Shown here: positions 39,946 to 49,892 of the stretch, piece by piece
How the letters are laid out: every line of letters starts with the position of its first letter
Position numbering within the stretch: position 1 is the stretch's first letter
Assembly (NCBI GenBank): GCA_965215515.1
Contig: OZ244057.1
Coordinates: 2,048,001-2,112,000, forward strand
Reading direction: 5' to 3'
DNA from: Oligoflexales bacterium
Lineage (GTDB): Bacteria > Bdellovibrionota_B > Oligoflexia > Oligoflexales > JAPPIL01
DNA length: 64,000 bases
Program-made: the position numbers and the translations under genes
The notes under the pieces: model-generated
What the model was told of the DNA's origin: nothing
What the model saw: only the letters and a program-made list of their open reading frames with translations
Databases searched by the model: none

Positions 39946-40295
39946 ATCGCTCATCCTCTACTACATCAGCCATAACTTTCTGGAGCAACTCCCTTATGCG
40001 TCGAAGCAGTCCTCCTCCAACATGTGCAAAAAATGAGCAGTGGGCAATATAGGGGTCTTTGACCGTCCATAAAACCCCCCCGAAATGCACACAATCCCTT
40101 TTTACCAACACCTATAGATGTTATGCACAGGTATTCATTTAACTAATGTTTTGTGAACGGCAATCTCATCTGTAGGGGGTGTAATAGCGGGAAATAGAGC
40201 TTTTGCGCGCTCTTGCATATTAATCAACGACAGCAGAAATAATGCTGCTGTTGATTAGACTACATAGCAGCAGCAAAATTACTGATGTTGTTTTT

Positions 40296-40538
40296 TTAAA
40301 GAAAAGACAGTCCCCGTATGGGGGCAGCAGTTGGAGCAGATTTTTTCATATTGCAAAGAAGTAGGTGGTAGGCTTGTGCCCCATCGTCTCTTTCGATCGG
40401 CACAGCTCCTAAAGTAAACTTGCCGTCACTGATTGCATGCAACCTCGCTGCTGGTTTCCTGGACATGACTATGCAAGCAGTGTGTGCCATCACCATAAGC
40501 ACGAGCATACCTGATAAGACTAAAGCCGGCCGTCCCAT
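40296..40538 (-). pseudogene. Probable truncated exported protein
   Basis: Signal-like N-terminus, early stop, ~350 bp of ORF-less sequence downstream. Confidence 0.3.
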
Positions 40539-40819
40539 AGCTACTCCTAGTTGTTTCTGCTCGATACCGAGCCGTTTACCCTGTCGATTCCATCGGCGTT
40601 TTTTTTTTCACTTTAGTTACAAAGAAAAAACATAATTCTCAGCCACCTGCGCCTCGGTCTTCTCCTGCTGCGCAGTGCTAAAACAAAGCAAAATTTTCCG
40701 CATGGCATGATCGGATGTCCGTTTTTTAGGAGGACACTTCTTACAGAGGCTTTGACAGGAGATCGTTGAAGGTGCTACAATCTAGTTGGGATGGATGTAA
40801 AAATCGAGGGGTAACAAAA

Positions 40820-42064
40820 ATGCGTTTTGTGCTAGCACTCGTCTGCCTCGTCTTGGCGTTAGGATGTGATATGGCGGATAAGAAACAATCCGCACAAGAA
40901 TACAACCCTCCGTCTTTCATGGTGGAGATGTTTGACTATGTCAATAAAAGTACTCCTGATAATACTACTGACGAACACGGACTGACCAGCTACGCGGTTA
41001 GTGACCCTCCTTGTGAGGCCGAGATGACCGCGTATAACGACGCGACCGAAGCAACACAAGTAGAGTTTCACGTCTGTATGACTAACATTAATGAAGAACA
41101 CAAACAGTGCGAGACAGCAGAAGACGGCACAATTCACTTGCATAGCGAATTAGCGTTAATGATGACTAGACACAGCCATACCCAAGCACTATTTAGAAAC
41201 TGCCTTATGCAAGAAGACAAGGACTATTATAATTTTTCCATTGTCACAAATGATGAGGAAAAAACAAGCTACCGCGGTGGCAGTATAGGTGACCCACTGC
41301 TCGACAACACTCGTTTTATCGGTTGGCGCGAATACAAAAACGATAACGGTGTAATCGACAGAACAGACGGCGAAGCAGACATCGTGGACGGCGAGATGAT
41401 CATGCTTCATCTACAAAAAGAAGATAAGCACAGAACACAGAATCGCATCGATCTCACTAAGCGCAATGCCCTGCGCCAAATATCTACCCTCGGATGGACA
41501 CATAATCCAGGTGAGAATGGCGGATATGAGCTTCATGTAGCACATAATGCCCATATGGTTGAATTCGATGACGGCAACAACAAAGAACAACTGCTCAGTC
41601 TGCGCTATTACGGCGGCCATATCGCGGAGACAACAATAGCCACTGACGGTACTGAGAACGAACAACCATCAAGCAAAGTATGGTTAGTACTAGCACACAT
41701 GAAAGCTAGTGGAGCAACAATACTAACAGCAGTGTGCCAAATCAAAGATGAAGAAGACTACAATAAGGACTGCTCAGCAGATGTGCTCGATGGAGATTTC
41801 AGATTGCACTACGTCGATGCCGACGGCAACGAGCAAGAGAATGATAACCCAAACTTACCACCTGCTGGTTTCGATAGCTTCAAGCAAACAGTTGCTGATT
41901 TTGTCACCAATGAACAGATGAGCTGGGCACACGGTGACTATGATAAAGAGAAACTCGATCCCCGTCGTGTGCTCTTCGAAGGAAGTCAAAACGACGATCT
42001 AGACACCAAACGCGAAGCAGTCTTCACCAACGGTTTGCCAGAAGATGGCGACAGCAACACCTAA
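40820..42064 (+). CDS. Hypothetical acidic lipoprotein
   Basis: SD GAGGGG; MRFVLALVCLVLALGC lipobox; D/E/N-rich. Confidence 0.7.
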   Translation: MRFVLALVCLVLALGCDMADKKQSAQEYNPPSFMVEMFDYVNKSTPDNTTDEHGLTSYAVSDPPCEAEMTAYNDATEATQVEFHVCMTNINEEHKQCETAEDGTIHLHSELALMMTRHSHTQALFRNCLMQEDKDYYNFSIVTNDEEKTSYRGGSIGDPLLDNTRFIGWREYKNDNGVIDRTDGEADIVDGEMIMLHLQKEDKHRTQNRIDLTKRNALRQISTLGWTHNPGENGGYELHVAHNAHMVEFDDGNNKEQLLSLRYYGGHIAETTIATDGTENEQPSSKVWLVLAHMKASGATILTAVCQIKDEEDYNKDCSADVLDGDFRLHYVDADGNEQENDNPNLPPAGFDSFKQTVADFVTNEQMSWAHGDYDKEKLDPRRVLFEGSQNDDLDTKREAVFTNGLPEDGDSNT

Positions 42065-42129
42065 ACAAAGCTAAAAAAGGGCGTGCCATCGTCACCCCTT
42101 ACCGTCGTATCAACCACAGCTCACACCAT

Positions 42130-42843
42130 CTACAAGGTCAGCCCGACTTTTGTTGGGGGAACCGAGCTGTCATCTTCTGCTGGAGAGACTTCTTGCTGCT
42201 CGCTCTCTTGGCCTGAAGATGAGGCTGTGTGTTCGTTATTGTTCTTGCGCAACGTAATTGGTGCTACAGATGTGCGTTCTTCATTCGCAAATTCCTCCCC
42301 TTCCACTCCTTCTACGGGAGTAGCCACATGTTGAGCGACATCCTGAACTTTAGTCTCTTCGGTAACACCTTCCTCCTGTGGCAAAACAACATCCTGAACA
42401 TCATCATAAAGCTGCGCAGCTGCCGCAGTGTTGGTTAACGAACCATCTATACCATCAGCTTCAGAACGTTGCGCTGACTGCATACCCTCAAATGCACCAA
42501 AAACTTTATTCTCTAAACGCTTGATACGTCTATTGACAGGGAACAAAGAAGTCTCAACAACATCATGAATCATACGCTCATACCCACCGCTAGGTTTAAG
42601 AGCTGCATCGATGATACGCGTCTTCGCTTCAGCTTCACTATTGCTGTTGCTGGAACGTTCGACACCACTCAGCAAGGCACGTACCTTGACCGCGACCGCC
42701 ACCGCAACTACTACAACCGCCAGTATCAACAAGGTAATAACTACAGACTTCACGAAATGCGTAGACTCAATACCAATAATGCCCGCAACAGTGACAACAA
42801 TCCTATCTAGCCATAAAGGTATCTCCACCAATTCCCTCACCAC
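42130..42843 (-). CDS. Hypothetical membrane-anchored protein with acidic disordered tail
   Basis: N-terminal hydrophobic segments, low-complexity E/Q/S tail. Confidence 0.55.
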   Translation of the reverse strand: MVRELVEIPLWLDRIVVTVAGIIGIESTHFVKSVVITLLILAVVVVAVAVAVKVRALLSGVERSSNSNSEAEAKTRIIDAALKPSGGYERMIHDVVETSLFPVNRRIKRLENKVFGAFEGMQSAQRSEADGIDGSLTNTAAAAQLYDDVQDVVLPQEEGVTEETKVQDVAQHVATPVEGVEGEEFANEERTSVAPITLRKNNNEHTASSSGQESEQQEVSPAEDDSSVPPTKVGLTL

Positions 42844-43016
42844 ACTAGACTACCTAGCGTGACCTTTCCCAAAATTAACCACACACCCGCGTATCGCCAA
42901 ACTATACACATTACCTTAGCATACACAGATAATAACAGTATCTTAAGTAAGCTATCTCACCACGAGAGTGTAGGGATAACTTGCTCCGTCCGCAGAAATT
43001 GACAAGAGGAAGGGAG

Positions 43017-43652
43017 CTAAGCCCTAGTAATGAGAAAAACCCCGTCCCGAATGTTAACAAGAACTTTGCGCACATCCTGACGTGCTGCGATGTAGCCATT
43101 AAACTCCGCCATCGCCCGTACTCCTTCGCTTGCCGTATCGTTGTGCAATACCGCACCATCCATAAAGGTATTATCTACCGCAATAACGCCATGCTCACTG
43201 AGCAACTTCAACGCACCCGTGAAATAAACCTTGACATTCTCCTTGTCGGCATCGATGAAAACTAAATCAAACTCACCTGCCAACTCCCCCAACACCTCCA
43301 GCGCAGGCTTGACTACCGCCGTAATCTTCTTGCTCGCCGCACTCCTATCCCAAAAAGACCGCGCTAACCGCGTCGTCTCGGCATCGATATCAACCGTTAC
43401 CAGCTCGCCATCCGCAGGTAAAACCTCCGCCATCGCTAACGCCGAATACCCCGTGAACGTGCCAATCTCCAATACCCGCCGTGCCCGCGTTATCATGATC
43501 AAAAACTGCAAGAAACTCGCCTGCCAAGAACCGATAAGCATACGTGCCAACTCAAAATTCTGCTGCGTATGCCTAGCAACCTCCTCGCACAAAAGCGAAG
43601 GTGAAGAACTGTGCGCCTCACAATATTTCTCTAACTCGCCATGCTTGTACAT
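43017..43652 (-). CDS. Class I SAM-dependent O-methyltransferase (caffeoyl-CoA OMT-like)
   Basis: VLEIGTFTGYSALAMA, FDLVFIDADK, IAVDN, IRDGV. Confidence 0.92.
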   Translation of the reverse strand: MYKHGELEKYCEAHSSSPSLLCEEVARHTQQNFELARMLIGSWQASFLQFLIMITRARRVLEIGTFTGYSALAMAEVLPADGELVTVDIDAETTRLARSFWDRSAASKKITAVVKPALEVLGELAGEFDLVFIDADKENVKVYFTGALKLLSEHGVIAVDNTFMDGAVLHNDTASEGVRAMAEFNGYIAARQDVRKVLVNIRDGVFLITRA

Positions 43653-43679
43653 ACGTGCACCCCAAAGATCGCCTGCCCC

Positions 43680-43997
43680 TTTCTCGCTTCGCTTCGCTCC
43701 GCCAGGCTTTTTTTTCGCTTTCTCGCTCCGCTTCTCATGTCCGATTGCAAGGAGCGAGCTAGCAAGCGAGCGTTACTAAAAGCCGCTTTGCTTGCTAGCT
43801 CCGCTTCGCTCCGCCAGGCCTGTTTGCCGCTTGCTAGCTCCGCTTCGCTCCGCCAGGCCTGTTTGCCGCTTGCTAGCTCCGCTTCGCTCCGCCAGGCCTG
43901 TTTGCCGCTTGCTAGCTCCGCTTCGCTCCGCCAGGCCTGTTTGCCGCTTGCTAGCTCCGCTTCGCTCCGCCAGGCCTGTTTGCCGCTTGCTAGCTCC
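43680..43997 (-). repeat. Modular 39-bp repeat/palindrome element, intergenic copy
   Basis: 5 x GGAGCTAGCAAGCGGCAAACAGGCCTGGCGGAGCGAAGC, then a palindromic module, then a variant unit. Confidence 0.95.
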
Positions 43998-46900
43998 TCA
44001 GGCAACGCTTGCCCTCCTTCTTCTAAAAATTTTCCAAAAAATACCTGCAATATCATCACTTATCCTAACCACTGCAGGCAAGACCAATACGGTCAATAAC
44101 GCGCCACCGAGAATCCCCCAACCCAATGCCAACGCAATCGGAACGACAAACGGGTCAAGACCCCCAAAACCATACGCGGTCGGTAAAATCCCCGCCGATG
44201 TCGTGATCGTTGTCAAAAAAATCGGACGTAAACGTCGCTGTGCGGCATCTTTGACAGCAGCCACCTTCTCCAAACCACGCCGCCGTGCACTATTGATAAA
44301 ATCAATGAACACAATAGCATTGTTGACCACCACACCAGCTAAGGCAATAATGCCGATCATCGCCAAAAAACTCAGCGTCATGCCATGCACATAGAAAGCA
44401 AAAACAGTTGCGGCAATACCCAACGGAATGGTAGTTGCGATGATAAACGGCTGGTATAAATTCTTAAACAACAATGTTAGAAGGAAGATAATGCCAAACA
44501 AGGCAAAAATAAAAGTTACCCGCAACGATGCCATGCTCTCTTTAGTATCGCTATCCTCACCGCCAAAATGAAAAGTGAGGGAAGGATGCTGTGCTGCCAT
44601 CGCGGCAACCTTCTCGCGCATAAAACTATTCACTACGGCGGAAGTGGTCACCTTGTTGTCAACTTCCGCGGTAACCGTCACCTGTCGTTGATTGTCTTCA
44701 TGCTCATAAACCGATACCCCACTGACAGTATCCCAACTTGCAGTCTTCCGTAACGGAATAAGCTGACCACGACGATTAGGAATCTCAATATCAGCTAACG
44801 CCCGTGCTCCTTGCTGTGCTTCTTGCTGCAATGTGACACGTAAATCTATTTCTTCATCGAGACCACGAATAGTCGTTGCCACAATACCTTCAAACGCCGC
44901 ACGCACCGCCAAGCCAATGTCCTGCAACGACAACAGCGCAGCCGCAGCTGCCTCTTGCTTGACTCGCACACGCATCTCCTCTTTGCCAGTTACATGACTG
45001 TTCTCGACATCAGTCACACCTTCAACGGCACGCAACTGTTCCTCTAACTGCTGCACCGCAGGCAAAATATTCACATACTCATCGCCACGCACACCGATAC
45101 TGACCGCCTTGCCCACAGGCGGCCCGCCCGCCACCTGCCTGAAACTTACCACCTCCAAACCTTCTGGCTGCACAACATTACTGCGTACATCCTCAACGAT
45201 AGTGGCCGTGTCACGTTCACGCGTCAAAGCATCCGTTAAATACACCATAATCTCCGCATACTCAGCCCCACGTTTCATCCCACGCGGATTATGCATGCCT
45301 TGCCGACCAATAATACTAATAAAATCTTCCATCTCACTATCAGGCAAAGAAGCAATATACTCCTCATAAGGGCGCACCAAACGCTCGGTCTCGTCTAAGG
45401 ATACCCCTGTCTCCGCTTGCAGACTTATCGAAAACATATAGACACCCCCAGGCGGAAACAACACAAAACCGACCTTCTCCTTCGCCAAATAAACCATGCC
45501 GCTGAACAAAACAAGTGCCGCTAGAATCACTAAATAACGCAATTTCAACACACCGTTAAGCACATATAGATAAGGTTGCTCTACCAGCGGTCGCCAAATT
45601 TTGGTATCGAAAAACGATCTGCCACTGCGCAACTTGCTAGTTCTTACCCAACTAGCAACATGATGAGGCAAAATGAAAAAACATTCCCATAAACTAACCA
45701 ATAATGAGATAACTACCGCCACAGGAATAAAGTAAATAAATTTGCCAAAAATTCCCGTCATAAACATCATCGGGGCGAAAACAATAACCGTCGTCATCAC
45801 CGACGCAGTCACAGGAGCCCAGATGCGTTGTGTGCCTTTAATGGCAGCCTCTGCAGGGCTGAGCCCGTCTTCGATAAAACGCTGCGCATTCTCCGTGATA
45901 ACGATGGCATCATCGACCAACATGCCGACAACAATAATCAAGCCCATCATCGAGACAAGATTTAAACTTATACTGCCAAAATGAAAAATAGCCACCACCG
46001 CTAGGAACGCAAACGGAATACCAAACACCGTCACCAAAGCGATGGGCAAAGGTAAGATTAAGGCAAGAATAACCAACACTAACATCAAGCCAATAACCAT
46101 ATTATTGGTCAGAACTTGCAAACGTCGCTTAACATAATAAGAAACATCGTTAATAAAACCTACCTCGATAGCAGGATTGATCTTATGTTTCTGCTCGTCA
46201 ATCGTTTGCCGCACCTTGTCGACTAGAGTAATCGCATCACGATGCTCCTTGCGCAACACCCTGAGGTTCAATGACCGTGAGCTGTTAGTTCTATAGCGAT
46301 ACTTTTCTTTGGCAAAAGTCATAGTCACGGTGCAAACATCTTTTATCCTGATACTGCGACCCAACGAATTGGCACGGATGACGGTATCTTCAACATCTTC
46401 AACACCCTGATACTCGCCGATGGTGCGAATAATTATCTCCTTGCTGCTGTCTGTTGCTGCCGAAGACACCCCACCAGGGATATTGATGTTGTTTTTTTGA
46501 ATTGCATTTATCAGCTCTGGCAAAGAGAGGCGAAATTTTTTCAGCTTGTCAACATGTGCCTCTATTCTTATCTCCAGGTCGCGCATACCGCTGAAGTTAA
46601 CTTGCGCTACCTCGCTAATTTTTTCTAACTCCCGCTCCAAAAACTTTGCTGCCTTGCGCAACTCTGTCTCCGCAACATCACCGCTTAACGTCACATCGAT
46701 GACGGGACGACGCTTGCTTTCCATCAACGTAACTTTGGGGTCTTCTGCTCCGTCAGGCAAAGTCGTGAGGTTGCTAACGACATCATCTATGTCTATCTTT
46801 GCCTCGTTGGCAGTCGCTTGGTCAGGGTCGAGCTGCAAAGCAATGACACTCTGCCCTTCTACCGAATACGAGGTCATTTTCTTGATACCATCAACCTCCC

Positions 46901-47117
46901 GCAGAGCTTGCTCCAGCGGGTTAGTGACCAGCCTTTCCAAAGATTCCGCAGCACCGCCAGGGTAAGCTGTCGTCACGGTGATCACATCAAACTGAATGTT
47001 GGGGAAAACCTCGCGATTGATGTTGAACAACGACCAACCGCCAGCTAGAAAAACCATCACCGTAACGATGTTGACAAACGCACCCTGCTTGACAAAATAT
47101 TCGATCAGCTTGTTCAT
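43998..47117 (-). CDS. RND (AcrB/AcrD/AcrF family) efflux transporter permease
   Basis: REVFP, YPG...LE.LVTNPLE, GMLVDDAIVITEN, GVVVNNAIV, RLRPIFLTT. Confidence 0.95.
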   Translation of the reverse strand: MNKLIEYFVKQGAFVNIVTVMVFLAGGWSLFNINREVFPNIQFDVITVTTAYPGGAAESLERLVTNPLEQALREVDGIKKMTSYSVEGQSVIALQLDPDQATANEAKIDIDDVVSNLTTLPDGAEDPKVTLMESKRRPVIDVTLSGDVAETELRKAAKFLERELEKISEVAQVNFSGMRDLEIRIEAHVDKLKKFRLSLPELINAIQKNNINIPGGVSSAATDSSKEIIIRTIGEYQGVEDVEDTVIRANSLGRSIRIKDVCTVTMTFAKEKYRYRTNSSRSLNLRVLRKEHRDAITLVDKVRQTIDEQKHKINPAIEVGFINDVSYYVKRRLQVLTNNMVIGLMLVLVILALILPLPIALVTVFGIPFAFLAVVAIFHFGSISLNLVSMMGLIIVVGMLVDDAIVITENAQRFIEDGLSPAEAAIKGTQRIWAPVTASVMTTVIVFAPMMFMTGIFGKFIYFIPVAVVISLLVSLWECFFILPHHVASWVRTSKLRSGRSFFDTKIWRPLVEQPYLYVLNGVLKLRYLVILAALVLFSGMVYLAKEKVGFVLFPPGGVYMFSISLQAETGVSLDETERLVRPYEEYIASLPDSEMEDFISIIGRQGMHNPRGMKRGAEYAEIMVYLTDALTRERDTATIVEDVRSNVVQPEGLEVVSFRQVAGGPPVGKAVSIGVRGDEYVNILPAVQQLEEQLRAVEGVTDVENSHVTGKEEMRVRVKQEAAAAALLSLQDIGLAVRAAFEGIVATTIRGLDEEIDLRVTLQQEAQQGARALADIEIPNRRGQLIPLRKTASWDTVSGVSVYEHEDNQRQVTVTAEVDNKVTTSAVVNSFMREKVAAMAAQHPSLTFHFGGEDSDTKESMASLRVTFIFALFGIIFLLTLLFKNLYQPFIIATTIPLGIAATVFAFYVHGMTLSFLAMIGIIALAGVVVNNAIVFIDFINSARRRGLEKVAAVKDAAQRRLRPIFLTTITTSAGILPTAYGFGGLDPFVVPIALALGWGILGGALLTVLVLPAVVRISDDIAGIFWKIFRRRRASVA

Positions 47118-48661
47118 TTTTTCATCATGCTCTGCAAATAATCCATTACCCCTCCTGCATTGCGGCGAATTTTCCACGCGCTGGTAGCCATATCTCGCAC
47201 TGTCTCTTGCAGTTGTAGTTCAGTTTCAATCACACTTCCGCCCGCTTGAATGACACTTAATACATCAACCTGCCCTAAATTGAAACGCTCTTCCAGCAAA
47301 ACAACCCGCCGCTTGCTACTACGCAATACTCGTTGCAAAACCTTGCGCTTTGCTGCCAAACGCTGCAAGCGCTCACATATCGTCAAAGCCGTAAGGCGCA
47401 AGCTATCTTGTGTCTGTTCAATGCTTAATTCAGTCATATGCTGTTGTTGCAAAGTGTTTTTGATGTCTACCCGTGCAGCATGATTGCCCAGCGTCATGTT
47501 AATACCCGCGGTGAGTGCCCAGGTCGGATTTACTGAGAGCAAGCTGCTGTTTACACTTTTGATGAGAGAAGCATCTGCACCGTTGTTGGCGAGACGCAGC
47601 GACACAAAAATATCGGGCAACATTTTGTCTTTGTGCATAAAAAGACGCTGGCGCAAGGCATCTTGGGAAGAATATAAAAAATCTAACTGTGTCGAGTGCA
47701 TGTTGTCGTAGTTATGTATCTGCCAGTCCCTGCACTTTGCCACCGCAAATTCAGTGTCATGTCCTAAAACAAGCGTGAGTTTTTCCATCTCAACATCGAG
47801 ATATACACGTGGCAAACGCATCGGGATGACCAGCTGATACCAGATGTCTTTAAGCATTTTCTCCGTATCACGCACCCGTTGGCGTGCGGTCGTCACCACA
47901 TTCCTACTCTGTAACAAATCAGTCGTTTCTGCTGTGCCTAATTCATGCTTGGCATGCGTCACTTTGTACAAGCGACGCTGCAAGGACAACTGTCGCTGTG
48001 CAGCATTGAACTGCTCGTGCAAAAGCCACGCCCGATAATAAATATCAACAATGCCGAGCAGCATCTCTTCCATCTTTACCGTCACCTGTTGTTCAGTCGC
48101 CTGCGCCTGTGTACGCGCTGCATCTAACTGTGCCGCAAAAGCTTTGCCAAAAAAATTACGCCCCAGACTTTGCTTGATAGTAACCGCAAGCTGCGACTGG
48201 TAATGATCGCTGTCGGGTATTTGCTCGGCACTGAACTCGCTGGCACGGTGTTCGAGCAGCCACTCGGCACTCAACGCCGTGCCCGTCTTGAACAGTTTGT
48301 GGTGAGTAAATTTGAGTTGGTAATGCTGGGTATGGTCGACGCTAAGCGGCCCAGCGGGTGTCTGTGCATTGCTGTTCAACAACGAGATGTTCGCTCCCAC
48401 CTGTGCATCGAGCTGTGCCGCGATGCGCTCCCGTGCATTGTCCTTAACCAGCAGCTCGAGTTGCAATTTTTTGAACTGTGCGGTGTTGAGCACGCCCTTC
48501 AAAATCATCGGCAAGGTGAGTTGTAAACCGTCCTTGACAGAGGGAGGGGATGAAGGAACGTCGTGCGCAAAAATCGCACAACTGTGCACAAGGCAGCAAA
48601 ATAACGACAGTAGGGTTGTCACGGTACCGAGCATACTATAGTATGGTAGCAGGTATCTCAC
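47114..48661 (-). CDS. TolC-family outer membrane protein
   Basis: Helical/beta pattern, QSLGRNFFG, ERFNLGQVD; stop overlaps RND start; start uncertain. Confidence 0.8.
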   Translation of the reverse strand: MRYLLPYYSMLGTVTTLLSLFCCLVHSCAIFAHDVPSSPPSVKDGLQLTLPMILKGVLNTAQFKKLQLELLVKDNARERIAAQLDAQVGANISLLNSNAQTPAGPLSVDHTQHYQLKFTHHKLFKTGTALSAEWLLEHRASEFSAEQIPDSDHYQSQLAVTIKQSLGRNFFGKAFAAQLDAARTQAQATEQQVTVKMEEMLLGIVDIYYRAWLLHEQFNAAQRQLSLQRRLYKVTHAKHELGTAETTDLLQSRNVVTTARQRVRDTEKMLKDIWYQLVIPMRLPRVYLDVEMEKLTLVLGHDTEFAVAKCRDWQIHNYDNMHSTQLDFLYSSQDALRQRLFMHKDKMLPDIFVSLRLANNGADASLIKSVNSSLLSVNPTWALTAGINMTLGNHAARVDIKNTLQQQHMTELSIEQTQDSLRLTALTICERLQRLAAKRKVLQRVLRSSKRRVVLLEERFNLGQVDVLSVIQAGGSVIETELQLQETVRDMATSAWKIRRNAGGVMDYLQSMMKK

Positions 48662-48698
48662 TCAGATTGAACCAAAAATCGCCGTGGGTCAGCGACTA

Positions 48699-49877
48699 AT
48701 GACAGCAGCGGCCAGCACTACACCACAGACAGTTCGACCGCGAGTGATTACCAGTCGTTATCTTGATTTTTGGCTGTTGGGCGGAGCAAGTCTCGTCCTC
48801 TGGGCGTTGTTGATGCTACTCACGCCTTTTCGTGAGGACTCCGCTACTGTTAACAATTATCTCAACAGCATCTCAGGCTTCTTCGTTACTTGCTTTTTGC
48901 TGGTCAACTACCCTCACTTCATGGCCTCGTACAAACTCGCCTACGGGATGGGGATGCGTTTCATTGGACGCAATTGGTTGCAACTGCTGCTTGTGCCGTT
49001 ATTGCTGATCAGTTTGATTGTGCATGCTTTTTTCTATGCAGACATGTCTCCGTTTTGGACAGAACTGCTTAATGAAGCGCTCCGCATCGTCGGCATTGAG
49101 GCTTCGTTTCAAGCTCCGTCCGACAACTACGGCACAGAAAGCATGGCGGTGTTATTGGCACTGATGTATGTCAGCGTCGGCTGGCACTACAGCAAACAAG
49201 CTTATGGTTGTATGATGGTATACAGCCACTACGATGGCTACCGTCTCGATGCTTGGCAACGGCGTTTTGTCAAATGGAGTCTGTTCAGCGTCTGGTTTGC
49301 CAACTACTTTGCCTATAACCGCGGCTACCAGCCTGGGGATCTCTACGGTATCAGCCAGTACCCGCTGGACTTCACTTCCTATGGCACTTACTTCGGCTAT
49401 GGGTCATTCGTGGCCAGCCTAGCGGCACTGCTCGGTCTGGTAATTTTTAGGAACTATCGTACCTACAGGCAGCTACCCACCGCTAACTTTCTCATTCCTT
49501 ACATCTCGTTGGTTGTCTGGTGGCTGCCACCCTTCAACCAACCCTTCTTCTACATGACAGCTGTGCCCTTTTTTCATTCATTGCAATATTTACCCTTCGT
49601 CTATCGGCTTGAAACACGCCAAACACCCGCTCATTATAGCGCCCTACGACGCAATGTCCACTACGCGGCAATCATCGCTGCGTTGGTTGCTACAGGGTGG
49701 CTGAGCTTCAACCTCGTGCCCGAACAACTCGACCTCAGCTTTAATACCATCGGATTGATGAATGTTTGGTATTTTACCGCTGCCTTTCATATTTTTATCA
49801 ACATTCATCATTATTTTATCGATAACGTCATTTGGCGTTTTAATAACCCGAACATCAAGAGATACTTATTAACTTAA
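48699..49877 (+). CDS. Uncharacterised polytopic membrane protein with conserved His motifs
   Basis: NYPHFMASY, GWHYSKQAYG, FFHSLQY, IHHYFIDNVIW; multiple TM segments. Confidence 0.75.
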   Translation: MTAAASTTPQTVRPRVITSRYLDFWLLGGASLVLWALLMLLTPFREDSATVNNYLNSISGFFVTCFLLVNYPHFMASYKLAYGMGMRFIGRNWLQLLLVPLLLISLIVHAFFYADMSPFWTELLNEALRIVGIEASFQAPSDNYGTESMAVLLALMYVSVGWHYSKQAYGCMMVYSHYDGYRLDAWQRRFVKWSLFSVWFANYFAYNRGYQPGDLYGISQYPLDFTSYGTYFGYGSFVASLAALLGLVIFRNYRTYRQLPTANFLIPYISLVVWWLPPFNQPFFYMTAVPFFHSLQYLPFVYRLETRQTPAHYSALRRNVHYAAIIAALVATGWLSFNLVPEQLDLSFNTIGLMNVWYFTAAFHIFINIHHYFIDNVIWRFNNPNIKRYLLT

Positions 49878-49892
49878 ATCTGTGGAAATTTT

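Noticed and set aside
43803..43997. 39-bp repeats as a CRISPR array
   Set aside because: Units are contiguous with no unique spacers, and no cas genes are in the window
43631..44394. ORFs 43631-44059, 43641-44099 and 43792-44394
   Set aside because: Open only because the repeat unit is a multiple of 3 and nearly stop-free; they overlap real genes
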